Part shown: in pieces, positions 39,916 to 52,346 of the stretch
Layout of the letters: each line of letters starts with the position of its first letter
How positions within the stretch are numbered: position 1 is the stretch's first letter
Assembly (NCBI GenBank): GCA_021613535.1
Contig: CP075495.1
Span: 15,314,001 to 15,378,000 of the forward strand
From: Adineta vaga
Taxonomy: Eukaryota > Animalia > Rotifera
Length of the DNA stretch: 64,000 bases
Direction: 5' to 3'
Program-made: the position numbers and the translations under genes
Notes under the pieces: generated by a model
The model's database searches: none
What the model saw: only the letters and a program-made list of their open reading frames with translations
Told to the model about the DNA's origin: nothing

Positions 39916-41663
39916 TTACAACAATGAAGGAAAATAACGATAATAGTCTTTCGAATGTACGAGTGCCATTCGAGAGGAATTAATATATTTCAACTGGGCA
40001 CAATTCCAACGCGTTGTATTTCTTGTGAAATTTTTTGTTACATATGACAATTGTTGATATGAAATACGAATCTTGTTCAAACAAGGAAGTCGCGTGTTTG
40101 AGTCACATAGAAATTGTTCCACATAGTCAACGTGAACTTCAAAATATTCAAATTCGACAAGATGAGAAAAGTGAATTATTGCAGATTTATCTTCATGTTT
40201 TTCTTCTTGTTTGTTATCATTCGAAATCTCCAAACGACGAAGTAATGGAAATGAAGTGGAAATCATAGCAAAGAATTTATGTTTGAATGGATGATTCAAG
40301 TCTCTCATACACAAAACACCAACATTATTGAACATACCACCAGGAAAATTGTGTCTAATATGAGATATACGTTCCATATTAAATGGAAGTGAATAAACAT
40401 GTCATTGCCCAAAATTATAAACATCATAATCACTGTAACAATCAACATGATATCCTCTTTCTACAAATGTCTGCGAATATCATGAGATGTTGGTTTCGGT
40501 TCGAATTCATCAAATCTAATATTTTCAGTAATAATATTGAAATGAAATTTGTGTAAATTCGGTAATTGACTGACAAGATAATTATCCAAATATCTTCCAT
40601 CAATGAAGGAATCTCTTTCACCAAAACGAATAGATAAACTAAGCTTTTCTAGATATGTCATTCGATGAAGAAACGGCAATATGACGCTATCAAATACACT
40701 TGTTATCAAATATACATGTAAGGAAAAACATTTCAGTTGACATGGAATGACCTATCAGAAAAAAAAATAAAAAATTCATTTTGAAGAAATTTGACTCGTT
40801 ATTTATTGTAACTAAGAATTATTTACCATCTTATTCATGATTGTCAATGAACGTCGTATCATCTTTTGCGAATTTCGTCTGATTAATTGTGGATCAATAA
40901 CATAATCAAGATTCACAATTAATGTTTGTAATTGACTACGACGACCATCAAGTAAATAGAGACAATCATTAATGTTATGCATTTTAATACGTAAATGAAC
41001 AATACTCGATGAACTACATATTGTCAACGGTAAACCAGTCAATAATGATTGAGAAAAAAAAGAATTATCAGTACCATCTAAATCCAGGTATTTAAGATTT
41101 GTACATAATATAAAAATACGATTGTATATATAAGTTATTAATTTCACATGTAATTTACTTCGAATCTCCTCATTAATCATTAAGACAAGATCAGAGATTT
41201 GTTGTAAAACATGAATAAATGTAGATTTCTCTAAACAAATAGATGTTTTAATTGGTTCGGTATAATGATAAATGAATTACATACCATTGAATATCTGATA
41301 AGTCATACGAAGTTTGAAATTATTAATAACAAGTTTTCGTAAGTTAGGATAATTGGTAGCATAAAGAACTCGTGGTAAGATAGTTGCTTGAAGAGTAAGA
41401 CACTCCACTTTATCGTAAATTCGAGGTAATATATCAATACAAAATCGATCGAACATTGCATTACTTCTTTCATCCTTCATTTCATATGGTTCGGTTGACA
41501 TAAGATCGACAAGTCGAGTGAAATCATCATCACATACCACTCGATCGAGTTTTTTATCAATACCAACCAATGAATGTAAAATATCGAAATTCTTCAGTTT
41601 CTTGAAAATGCTAAGCAATATTTCATCAGGCAAATCAATAATGTTCACATTTGAATGATTCAT
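39916..41663 (-). pseudogene. F-box/LRR-like protein (expanded rotifer-type family), 3 exons, frameshift plus premature stop
   Basis: MNHSNVNIIDLPDEILLSIFKKL F-box; introns ~41232-41281 and ~40753-40826; 1-nt loss at ~40469; TGA at 40404-40402 in GQ*HVYSLPF. Confidence 0.8.
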
Positions 41664-41847
41664 CTTCGCTCTGTTTCACCTGTTTCTTAACAACTGAATG
41701 TGTATGTATGTATCTATATATGTGACTGAATTCCGTGAATGTTCATTGTTTATGTTACGTATATAAATATCGCTTTCTTGTCGTCCTTTGTGATCGTGAT
41801 GCTATAACTTTGAATACAGTTTGTTTGCTTGTTCGTTTATATCAGTC

Positions 41848-41987
41848 CCAAGCAGACTGAAAAAATAAGACGGATTAGGTATAAATCAATCACTGACGGT
41901 CATCTTTAGACAAAACTTATATTCAAATGAATTCATCGGGTTTTTTAGTCAGATTTAAGTTAATTTATTGTCTTTTTGTCTGCTTGG
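41848..41987. mobile_element. MITE-like element with 10-bp perfect terminal inverted repeats
   Basis: ccaagcagac (41848-41857) ... gtctgcttgg (41978-41987). Confidence 0.6.
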
Positions 41988-43674
41988 CACTACTGGGAGA
42001 TTCGAAAGAAAAAAGAAAGAGTACTTTTTTGAAGATAATAAACTTTTCTTGCTTCATATAAGAGAATGTTGACGAGTCGCATGGTTTTTTTCGATGAAGT
42101 AAAAGTGAAGATAGATAGTACATTTCTCATCAAATCATTTGTATTATAAATGATGGTTAACCGTTTACTTCATAATTCATGTGGAACGGACATTGTGATA
42201 TGTAATGACAATCATCCTTCCAATCGATTATAATCACATGAAACCTTCAATGATTGACAGAACAGTGAAGAATTTGATACATTGTATACGAAAACTTTGA
42301 CTGTTTATAAAGATAGAAGATTTCGTCACGTATTTTGCTTCTGATTCTATGTACGCCTGATTCTCAATATTTTTCACATACTTTATCTGTTTATAAAAAG
42401 AAGTTCACACACGAACTAACACTTACACAAATACTTAATTTTAGTTTTTCACTGCAAAAATTGTATTTCCACCAATATACAGAAAAGAGTATGAACATGT
42501 TATTATATACAAGAGTTTTTTTTATCATATTCTAGTAAAGAGAAAAAGCGATATGAAGCGAGTGAAGGATAAAAATCTCTATAGGAGAAATAATCAATTC
42601 AAACTGATTTGTTTTCGTATAAACAGACTACAACCAATCAAATAAAGCACGACGTAGTAACGTTCTATATATAAAATTAAAATAACGAAATGATATAGAT
42701 TATTATTGACTGAATGATGTTGGGGGTACAGTTGTAATTGATCAGATGATCTTGAACTAGATAAATTTCGTTGTGATTGATTTGAATGAAAAGTATTTGA
42801 AATGTTCTTCTTTAAATAACTTAATTTGACATTTATAAAAGCGTAAAATGTGAACAATGTTAAAAAAAGTTCCATCAATTCTAATATAAGTCCACGATTT
42901 TTCATTGCCATTCTCTGATTTTATACAGTTGATATAGCATTTAAGTAAACCAAATATTAATACAATATTTGTTGATACAATTTGAATAGTATTGAATGAT
43001 TAAAGTGTTACAAAACGAGAAATGGTTAATCATAAATAATAGCAAATAAAATAAGAAACATTGTTATTATAAATTCAACGTTATCGAGTTATTCAACAAC
43101 GACAATCAGTTATCCATACTTTTAAATTACGTTTAATACCTTAGAAAAAAAAAACAAGTTTTTTGCTTCACCTAATGCACAAAGGAATAAGTAGGATAAG
43201 GTTAATTTCTTTTGTGATGATGATTGCATATCTGAAATGATAATACTTATGTTTTTCAAACATGGCGAAAAAACTTTGATTATAATAGATGATTCAATAA
43301 AATCAATTATGTCAATGCATCTGTAACAAAAGGTTTTTTTTCAACGTCCTGCTTCAATCATTCTACGCTTACCAGGTATTCGAGTCATTAATGATTTTAT
43401 CAAAACGAATCAATACGACAATATTTTATCTAATTAAATCATTTACTAGCAAATTCTATTTGAATAAAATCATTACAAATTTTCTACTATTTTCTCAAGA
43501 AAAGAAAGCAGTACCTATTTCCGAATGATAGGTATCATAGAAGTGTTCATTTAAATGAAAATTTTCATATTATATGTTTATTGGAACGGTTCCTCATTAT
43601 AAAAAGCGAATTTTGTGAAAAAAGGGATCAGAAAAGCGAAAATCTTTGAAAAGAATCGTTCGAAATTGTTTTTT

Positions 43675-44432
43675 TTATAATTTTGAAGCAGCAGCTTTAT
43701 CCAAATACCAAATAAGATCATTCACCCGGCCAATTGGATATTTTGTATTTTTATCTTGTAAAACTTCTTTCACAATCGTTGATTTACTTTCACCAGTAAC
43801 AACAACAATTTTATATTTCGATTGATTTATTGTATTTAATGTCAATGTAACACGTTCAGGTGGTGGTTTTGGTGAATCTTTAACAAATGTTACTAAACCT
43901 TGATTAACATTTAAAGCAGAATGATCAGGAAATAGACTTGCTGTATGTCCATCTGGTCCCATACCGAGTAAAACAATATCAAATGTCTAAAAAATGAAAC
44001 TATTTCTTTTTTTTTGTTTTTTGAAAACTTAAAACGAACTTGATCATTTTCATTTAATATTTCGATTAATTTATTTTCATAATCTTGTGCACATTGTTCA
44101 ACAGATTTTAAATCTGGATCGATTTTAATAACATTTTTTTCAGTTAAGGGTAATTTTCGAAATAATTTTGTTTGATAACCTGCATAAGTTGAATCATCCG
44201 ATGTAAATGGAACAAATCTTTCATCAACAAAGAAAAATCGAAGATGAGCCCAAGGTAATTGTAAACGAGGAAGAATTGATGGTAAAAGCTCAATTATTGA
44301 TCCACCTGACAACCCAATTGTTATTAATTGTTTTTCATTAATTAATTTTAAAACAATTTCTTCAAGTTGATAACCAAATTTTTCAGATAAAATTTCATTA
44401 TCATCAAGTATATTGATATTTGATGATGACAT
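43675..44432 (-). CDS. PGLS: 6-phosphogluconolactonase (2 exons)
   Basis: IGLSGGS, FFVDERFVP, intron ~43987-44040, FDIVLLGMGPDGHTASLFP, DSPKPPPERVTLT, WYLDKAAASKL. Confidence 0.93.
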
Positions 44433-44629
44433 TCTTTTCTAAAAATCTTGAATTAATTAATAATTTATATTCAAACATACTTTACGATTAGTTTTTAATA
44501 AAATCAGAAGAATTAGTAAAGAGATTTGTTCAAATTTCATCGATCTGAAAAACATTTCGAATGAACAAAAATGTTTATTTTACTTAAAAAGAATAACTTT
44601 TGTCCAAAAAACAGAATATTGTTATAACG

Positions 44630-45020
44630 TTTCACATTTTGAAAAAGAACTGATTTTAATTGTTGATAATAATCTAATCTTAATTTAACATAATTTATAT
44701 GTGTATATTGAAAATCAATAAAAGAAATTTGTTCAGTTTTTTCATCGTAAATTATACTTTGAACTAATAAATCATTGATATCCATACGATCGAAATATCG
44801 AGATAATAACGATTTTGTTGCACGACCAATTCCACAACCTAATTCAAGACAATATGATGTACTTAATTATCCATTGTATTGCTAAAAACAGAGATATAAA
44901 TAGATAATATTTTTGTCTTTGAATAAATTGATTTGATTCTTGAATACCTGGGTCATGTATTTGTCTATATCCACCTAACATTGTATCAAATGTTTTTGGT
45001 CCTGATGAATAATAATCTTA
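44630..45020 (-). pseudogene. Chimeric remnant: N-terminal protein methyltransferase (NTMT1-like) 5' part fused in frame to ethanolamine kinase fragments
   Basis: PKTFDTMLGGYRQIHDP / intron / CLELGCGIGRATKSLLSRYFDRMDI-NDLL-VQSIIYDEKTEQISFIDFQYTH-INY-VKLRLDYYQQLK. Confidence 0.7.
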
Positions 45021-45690
45021 TGTTATTGATTGTCTTTTGTTCACATCTTCACGTTAACCTTTTAGATATTAAGATATTTTCGACATGATTTCAAGAGAAA
45101 ATAAGGTTTTCGAATAAATATGCCAATATCTATCTACTGTTTACTCATACATATTGAATGGTAGCTTTTCAACCAATAAGATGAAGTTGAATATATATAT
45201 TGTGAGAGAGTACGGTACACTTCAGAAAAGAAAAAATAATTGAAATAAATGAAATCAAGTTAAGACTTAAATATATTTCAATCAATAATATACTATGACT
45301 ATAGGTTCTAGACAAAAAGATTATTGTTTCAGTCAATAATAATACCCTTTTCTTATGACATACAATCCAAAAGAATTAAAAATTGCTGAACTTTGATATC
45401 AAAATTTGAAATGTACGCAATTGAGATATATTCTTCAAAACAACTAGATTAAAACTGATCTATTGTCTAAATAATTTCAGTTATTGAATATGAGAATACG
45501 CAATCATAAAGAAACAGATAAGCCAATATCAATTTAATCATTGAAGCTCGATGTCTTTAAGTCGGAGACAAATATTACAAAAAAAGGATATTTTTTGGTT
45601 GTGTCATATCATTGAATGTATGGTCAGGAGAACGGATACCAATACGATCGAAGACGAATCCATAGGCATTACAGTTATAAAACATAGAAA

Positions 45691-46102
45691 ATGTGCTTAT
45701 GTGGCAAAGAAGAACGAAAAATACATATGTAGTGATGTTAAGTTATTTCCATTGACGAAAAAGAAGAGACGATTAAATTTAGATAGTAAATGGCTATTTC
45801 CCCGTTCGCAAAACAAGTATGCGGATTGTTATTTAAATATCAATCTTTATTATTTTTCGTCTTTTTCCAATCAATATAATTTATTTCTTTTACATATGAT
45901 GTTTAGCTTTTAATTGGAACTTTTGTTTTCTGTTCTGTTAGTACAATTGTTAAACATTTATAATACAACAAAGCAAAAGTTAGCTCAATATTCGCCATTA
46001 TTTGAGCCTGTTCGATGGAATAATTTACTTACAGATACTCAAGATATGTCAATGAAAATTAAATTAGAACGTATGTTGATTGAAATTGCATAAAGCATTT
46101 TT
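45691..46102 (+). repeat. Diverged dispersed non-coding repeat, copy A
   Basis: atgtgcttatgtggcaaagaagaacgaaaaatacatatgtagtgatgttaag and ttgttaaac...ttagctcaa..ttcgccattattt...taaagcattttt recur at 60054-60138 and 60932-61111. Confidence 0.8.
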
Positions 46103-46814
46103 CTTAGCTAAAAGTCACAAATATTGATTCTTTATCTTTTTATTATTTGATAAATAAATCTGATCATAATCAATAAACGTGATTCTAAATCACAATTTAT
46201 TTCGAAACACGTTCGAGACTTTGTTTTTTATTTTGTCTATTGATGTTATGAAATTATACACCTACAGATTAGTTCTCTTCATCAGGGAAAAAAGTGTTCG
46301 AATGATTCTCATAGAGAACATTTATGTATTCAAGTTAGTAAGACGCAATTTGACAAGTTATTCTGTTGATGATCTTCAAGTAAATCTCGGGAAAATGGCG
46401 ATTTTCCTGAATTCCTTGATGGATTAATAGATGATTAAGGAATTGAATTCCAATAACTGCTCGTAAGTGATTTCAGAATGTACACCATCGTGGAATACGA
46501 TGGGTGTTTGTTTTAGTTATGAAAGTAGACACAATATTTTGTAAGATGATTGAGAAACACTCAATCGATTTTAAAGAAATTCTTTCTTCATTAGTGCATA
46601 GAATATATCTTTACCTTATTTCAACGGACCTTCGTCTATTATAACATACATGTGTACATGTTCTCAAGCTTTTGCTATAAATATCTTGATATCACAATAA
46701 GGTTTGTTCTCGTTCTCATCTATAAAAATCTGTCTTATATTTCAATGAGACAAAAAAAATAAAAATAAAACATAAACAATTTTCTTTTCTTATTTTATTC
46801 TAAAATCAAATCGA

Positions 46815-48660
46815 ATGCATCGATATTTGTTTGTTTCTGTATTAAGTATAATATTATTCGGAATTCATAATAGTCGAGCAGCAAATTGGGCAGTTCTTGT
46901 TGCTGGTTCAAATGAATGGATGAATTATCGTCATCAAGCTGATGTTTGTCATGCTTATCAAATTTTACATAAAAATGGAATTCCAGATTCAAATATTATT
47001 GTGATGATGTATGATGATTTAGCTCATCATTGGAGGTCAATTTTGTTATTTATATGAAAATATTTCTTTCAAAATTTATTCTGTTTTTTTTTCTTCAAAT
47101 AGAAATCCAACAAAAGGTGTTATTATTAATCATCCTAAAGGTGAAGATGTTTATCATGGTGTTCCACATGATTATACTGGCAAAGTAATAATTGTTTTTA
47201 TTTCTTATTTGTCTTTTTCATATTATGATCAATAGAATGTTACACCTGAAAATTTCATGAATGTTTTATTAGGTAACAAAGAAGCATTACGAGGTGTTGG
47301 TAGTGGAAAAGTTCTTGAAAGGTAAAAGAGAAAGATTAATTCAAAATTTTTCATCTTATTTTCTCATTTAGTGGTCCTGATGATAATGTATTTATTTACT
47401 ATACAGATCATGGTGCTGTTGGTATGTTTTTCTTTTGATTTAAAACATTCTTATCTATATATATTCCATTGTAAAGGTCTCGTTGCTTTTCCTCATGGCG
47501 TCGTATGTTCAAATATAGAAATCTTCTAATTTCCCTTCATTTTTTTCTTCTCTTAGCTCTATGCAAAAGATTTCAATAAAACAATCACAACAATGTACAA
47601 TGAAAAGAAATATAAACAAGTGAGAATATTCGATAGAAATCTTGACTTAATTTTCTTTTCTTTAGATGGTTATTTATATTGAAGCTTGTGAATCTGGTTC
47701 GATGTTTGAAGATATACTTTCCGATAAAATCAATGTTTATGGAACAACAGCAGCAAATGCTCAAGAATCATCTTATGCTTGTTATCATGATCTTTTACGT
47801 GGAACATATTTAGGTGATGTTTATTCAGTTGTTTGGATGGAAGATTCTGATATTGAACAACTTGATCAAGAAACTTTATTTCAACAATATTCAATTACTC
47901 AACAAAAAACTAATACAAGTCATGTGATGCAATTTGGAGATTTAGTAAATACGAATTATGGAATTCTTTTTCTTCGTAAATTATTTTATTTAGAATTTAG
48001 GAAAATCTCATAATGTTAGTGAATTTCAATGTGGAAATCATTCGAAAAAGAATATTTTTGTAAATCGATCTAATGATTTACTTCGTGTAAGTTTGATTTG
48101 ATGAAAATCATCAGTGAAAAGTTTTATTTATTTAGCGTGATGCTGTACGTACTGAAGATGTTCGGATTGAAAGTATTAAACATCGTTTAGCAATTTTAAA
48201 AGAAAATTCGATTGAAAAACTCGAATTACAAAATGAACTTATTGATTTGTACAATGTTTGTTTTCTTTGACTTTTTTTATTTTTGAAAATGAATTTCGAC
48301 TTTCTTTTATTTAGCTTCGAAATCAAATTTCTATTTCTATTAATCAAATAGCTTCTTTATCTTTATCAATCAATCGTCGAAATTATATGGAAATGATCAC
48401 AGCTAAACGTATGAAATTAACTGAACATGATTGTTATATTTCTGTTACAAAAAATCTTCAGAAAAAATGTTTCGATCTTCAAGTTAGTTTGTTTGTTTGT
48501 TTATTTCTTTTCTTCTCTTTCATTTTTTTCATTTTAGCATGAATTTGTTCTTAATAAACTTTATATCATGGCAAATTTATGTCAAATCGGTTTAATGGAC
48601 TTAACAATTAATCAAGCGATTGATCAAGTTTGTCAACAACGAATTCATTTTACTTATTGA
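46815..48660 (+). CDS. LGMN: Legumain / asparaginyl endopeptidase (peptidase C13), multi-exon
   Basis: Signal peptide, [22 protein letters not shown], catalytic His in YTDHGA, catalytic Cys in [11 protein letters not shown]; TGA 48658-48660. Confidence 0.93.
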
Positions 48661-49421
48661 ATTCTATCAGAAAATAAATAATAAAATATTCTTGACCTGG
48701 AAAATAAGGAGCAGGTCCTGGTGGGGGAACAACACTTTCATATTCTTTTATAAAACATGCAACGTCTTTCACTTTTTTTGGCGTTGGAATTGTTTCACAT
48801 TTCAATTCTCCTTCCTCGCAGCTTTTAAACGATACACTAACAAAACATTCACGATAGGCTCCAGTGTAGCTATATATGACATTACAGAATCGAGAAGTAT
48901 TTCTCCCTACGATAAGCAATACTTATACCGGAATGATAATTTTTAGTTCTATTCCTTCCATATTCACATCCAAGAAAGACATTATGTTTTTCTATGATGG
49001 GACTTGGACAACCTCTAGAATTAGGTAAGATTATTCTTGCTATTGCTCACACAATTATAGAGCTCAGTGAGTAAGATACGTCTCCGCGCACTCCAGCCCA
49101 TTGTAGAAATTTACAAGCTTCGCTCTTCTCATAATAAAGACAAGTCTTCAGCGGTAAGTGAAGGTAAATTAGAAGCATTTGAATTCTTTTCATTAGGAAT
49201 ATTCTGAACTAAAGATGAGATAGGTATCGAACTTTCATCTATACTATTAGGGTGTGCATGTCATGGGAAATCCAATAGCAAATAAAAAGAAACCACATAT
49301 TTATATACTATATCGTCATCTAAGGATAAAGTTGTAAATGAAAATGAAGACTCAGCGAGTAATTTTTACTCAAGGATAAACAATGCGCGGAAATGTTGAT
49401 CAACGATCAAATTAATTCTAT

Positions 49422-50900
49422 TCATAATTTTGATATATCCCAAATTTTAATTGTTCCATCATAAGATGCACTTAATAATTGATTATCATTTCGAAGTTCT
49501 AAAGATTGTACAAAATTTTCATGCTGAAACTCTGCAATACATTGTTCATTTTCAATATTCCATATTTTAACTTTATTATCTTCTCCACCACTTGCAAGAT
49601 ATTTATGATTTAATTTTAATAGCGTTCTAACAATACCCGTATGTCCTAAAATTCTTCCTTGTTTTATTTCATTGAAATCATTTGATAATTCTCGAATAAC
49701 AATTTCACCATTGAAATTTCCACTTATAAGCACATTTGTCACACTATCATAGACTAAACAAATGATCGGATAACTTTCCATAAACGTTTTTATCGAATTT
49801 TTCTTTCCATAATCCCAAATTTTGATTGTTTTATCTTCTGAACATGATGCTATATAATTATCAGTTAGTTTTATGATTTGCCAAACCCAATTGGTATGTT
49901 CAGTTAATTCTTGTTGAATATTTCCATTGATATGAACTATTTTAATCAAATTATCACCTCCACTCGAAGCAAAGAAATCTTCATTAAGTTTACAAATTGA
50001 TAAAACAATTGCTGAATGAATTGTGAATGAATTAATCAGTTGAAAAGTTCGATTTTCTTTTCTTTCCCAAACTTTAACTTGTTTATCTCTTGAACCTGAA
50101 ATAAACATCGTTGAATTCCATTTTTCTAAACATAATATCGAATTTTGATGTCCAAATAAAGATTGACACAAATCTCCATTTAAATTCCAAATATTAATTA
50201 CTTTATCTCTTCCACCACTTAGAAATGTTTCATTATCAAACATTAATATCTTCCAAATATATCCTAAATGTCCATTAAATGGTTGTTTTATATTTATATC
50301 TTGATCTTTTGTATATAAAATATCACTTCTTAAAACAAATTTTTCTCCATTTTTAACTTCTTCACCTTCATGCCAAAGATTATGATCAAATACCATGAAA
50401 TCACCTTGATGAGGAATATAGGATGTCCAAATTTGAGTATCATCTTTTGTTTTATAAAATAAAGTTCGACCTCCTTGAAATTCATTTGCATTATTTAAAT
50501 AAATCATAAAAGTTAATTTCGATTGTTTTGTATTTGAAACATAATGAATTCCATCGAGATGTCGATGAAAATATTGATTTGATGAGTATTTACAGAATCT
50601 TAAACGATTATTTAATTCAGATAAAGTCCAAAGACCATTTTCTGATGGAATTTTGATTTGATTTGGTAAATAAATTTTAACTTTTTCAAATAATTCATTC
50701 GATAATTCGAAATCATCAATAACTAATCTCTCATTGTTACGATAATACGTTGGATAATTGAAAATAGCTTTTTCAAATGAATCTTTTCTTTCGGAGTTCA
50801 ATAATTTTTCACATTCTTCTTTTGTAAATAATGAACAAACAACAAAACAGATCAAATCAGTATCAGGTAATAATTTTTGTATTTTAATATCTGATTCCAT
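49422..50900 (-). CDS. 2OG-Fe(II) oxygenase (prolyl-4-hydroxylase-like) fused to a WD40 propeller, intronless; HGT candidate
   Basis: RFCKY, FHRHLDG (HxD), LTFMIYLN, GGRT, LWHEG, KFVLRSD followed by ~7 GH...WD/WN repeats. Confidence 0.88.
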   Translation of the reverse strand: MESDIKIQKLLPDTDLICFVVCSLFTKEECEKLLNSERKDSFEKAIFNYPTYYRNNERLVIDDFELSNELFEKVKIYLPNQIKIPSENGLWTLSELNNRLRFCKYSSNQYFHRHLDGIHYVSNTKQSKLTFMIYLNNANEFQGGRTLFYKTKDDTQIWTSYIPHQGDFMVFDHNLWHEGEEVKNGEKFVLRSDILYTKDQDINIKQPFNGHLGYIWKILMFDNETFLSGGRDKVINIWNLNGDLCQSLFGHQNSILCLEKWNSTMFISGSRDKQVKVWERKENRTFQLINSFTIHSAIVLSICKLNEDFFASSGGDNLIKIVHINGNIQQELTEHTNWVWQIIKLTDNYIASCSEDKTIKIWDYGKKNSIKTFMESYPIICLVYDSVTNVLISGNFNGEIVIRELSNDFNEIKQGRILGHTGIVRTLLKLNHKYLASGGEDNKVKIWNIENEQCIAEFQHENFVQSLELRNDNQLLSASYDGTIKIWDISKL

Positions 50901-50952
50901 CGAAATCTTGTTCTAAAATAATGATAACATTCTATTTATTCATATTGAAAAC

Positions 50953-51012
50953 TGAGTCATAAGTGATTATTGAATAATATTGACGTCAACGATTATTTCT
51001 TAGTATGAGTCA
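50953..51012. promoter_or_regulatory. Cluster of bZIP consensus sites upstream of the oxygenase-WD40 gene
   Basis: TGAGTCA 50953-50959, TGACGTCA 50981-50988, TGAGTCA 51006-51012, all within ~110 nt of the ATG at 50900. Confidence 0.4.
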
Positions 51013-51618
51013 TTTTAGTTTTTGACGCATGTTTTTTATTTCTTAGTATGGTGTAATTTGGATTTGTTGATAAACTTCAATCAGTATGAAACTTGCACGA
51101 ATAGAAAAACAAATTTTATTGGTGCAAAATAAGTCAATAGGAAAATCAAAAGCATCGTTGAAGAAAGACGGTCGAAATACGCCATTCGATTGAGAATGCA
51201 TTTACTGCTCTAGTTTCATTTCGCTCTGAACTGGCCAATGTGAGTTATCATTGATCAAGAATATTAGAAAATAATATGTAAATGTCGAAATGTTTATTGA
51301 ACAATAGTATCAAATTGATCTTTATAAGTTTTTGATGGTAAAAATGAAAGAAAGTAAGCAGATAAAAATATCCAAGAGTGATTTGATGATTTCATACATT
51401 CATTTGTAAATGATATAATAAGACGAGTTAAACCTAAGAAAACTATGTTTATATTGTTTAAATTGTAATTTTAAATGTTCAGTATATAATAATCTTGGTT
51501 GAACGATGACGAGCTAATGTTATTATAATAATTAGAGTTGAAAAAAATGAATTGTAAATAGAACGAGAAAATGAAATAAAGTTATAAATGAATTATAAAT
51601 ATTTATTGAAGAAGAATA

Positions 51619-52109
51619 CAGTGAAACCTCTGTTAATGAACACCTCCCTACTCTGAACATTGAACACTTTTCCGGTCCCTTCTATGTAAGAAAACCTTTG
51701 CATAATGAATATACCGAATAAACATGCTTTCTCGTATGCAACGAGAAGCAGGAGGTTGTCTAGCTGAAGTTCATGGACTCCCTTCAAATGGATTTGAAAA
51801 CGTTTTGAACAGTTAAGTTCATCAATTCGGACCTCATAATTGAACGTGTCCTACTCCAAATAAGGACATAAGAAAATAAGCTATATAATACAGTAATCAC
51901 AAATAAAACTTGGAGAGATGAAAAAGACAATTTTTAAAATTTTATATTGGTTGTCACAGATATTAATATAAAAAGAATATAGTATCCATTATCATTTGTT
52001 TGTACTTATCATACACTATATACATAAACCTCTATATAAGATGAACACCTCCTCTAATGAACACCTTTTATGCGGTCCCGTTAATGTTCATCTTAGAGAG
52101 GTTTCACTG
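51619..52109. mobile_element. Non-autonomous Tc1/mariner-pogo (Tigger-like) MITE, 491 bp
   Basis: TIRs cagtgaaacctct.. / ..agaggtttcactg, TA on both sides, subterminal atgaacacct repeats. Confidence 0.85.
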
Positions 52110-52346
52110 TATATTAAAATTTGTTCATTTTCAAATGAAATGTCGAAGTTTTGTATTCGTTTAAGATGTTTATTTAGAAGATCTTTTTCTTGATTTACTA
52201 CATCTTAATAACTGATTTAACTTGATCAGTATGTTTCTTATGAATATCAACTGATAAACAAACAACACAACATAAATCCTACAAAATATATTTCAATTCA
52301 TTTATTGGATAAGATAAACATGCACTAGTAGTTATTCACTAGAAGA

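Noticed and set aside
40402-40404. In-frame TGA at a Cys position as selenocysteine or alternative code
   Set aside because: Same exon has a frameshift ~65 nt away; TGA is a normal stop in other genes here
42335-43600. Short ORFs 42335-42535 and 42594-42911
   Set aside because: Low-complexity AT-rich translations without motifs or splice support
48650-49200. Minus-strand ORF ending PPPGPAPYFP downstream of legumain
   Set aside because: Upstream in-frame stops, no recognisable domain; at most an unidentifiable decayed exon
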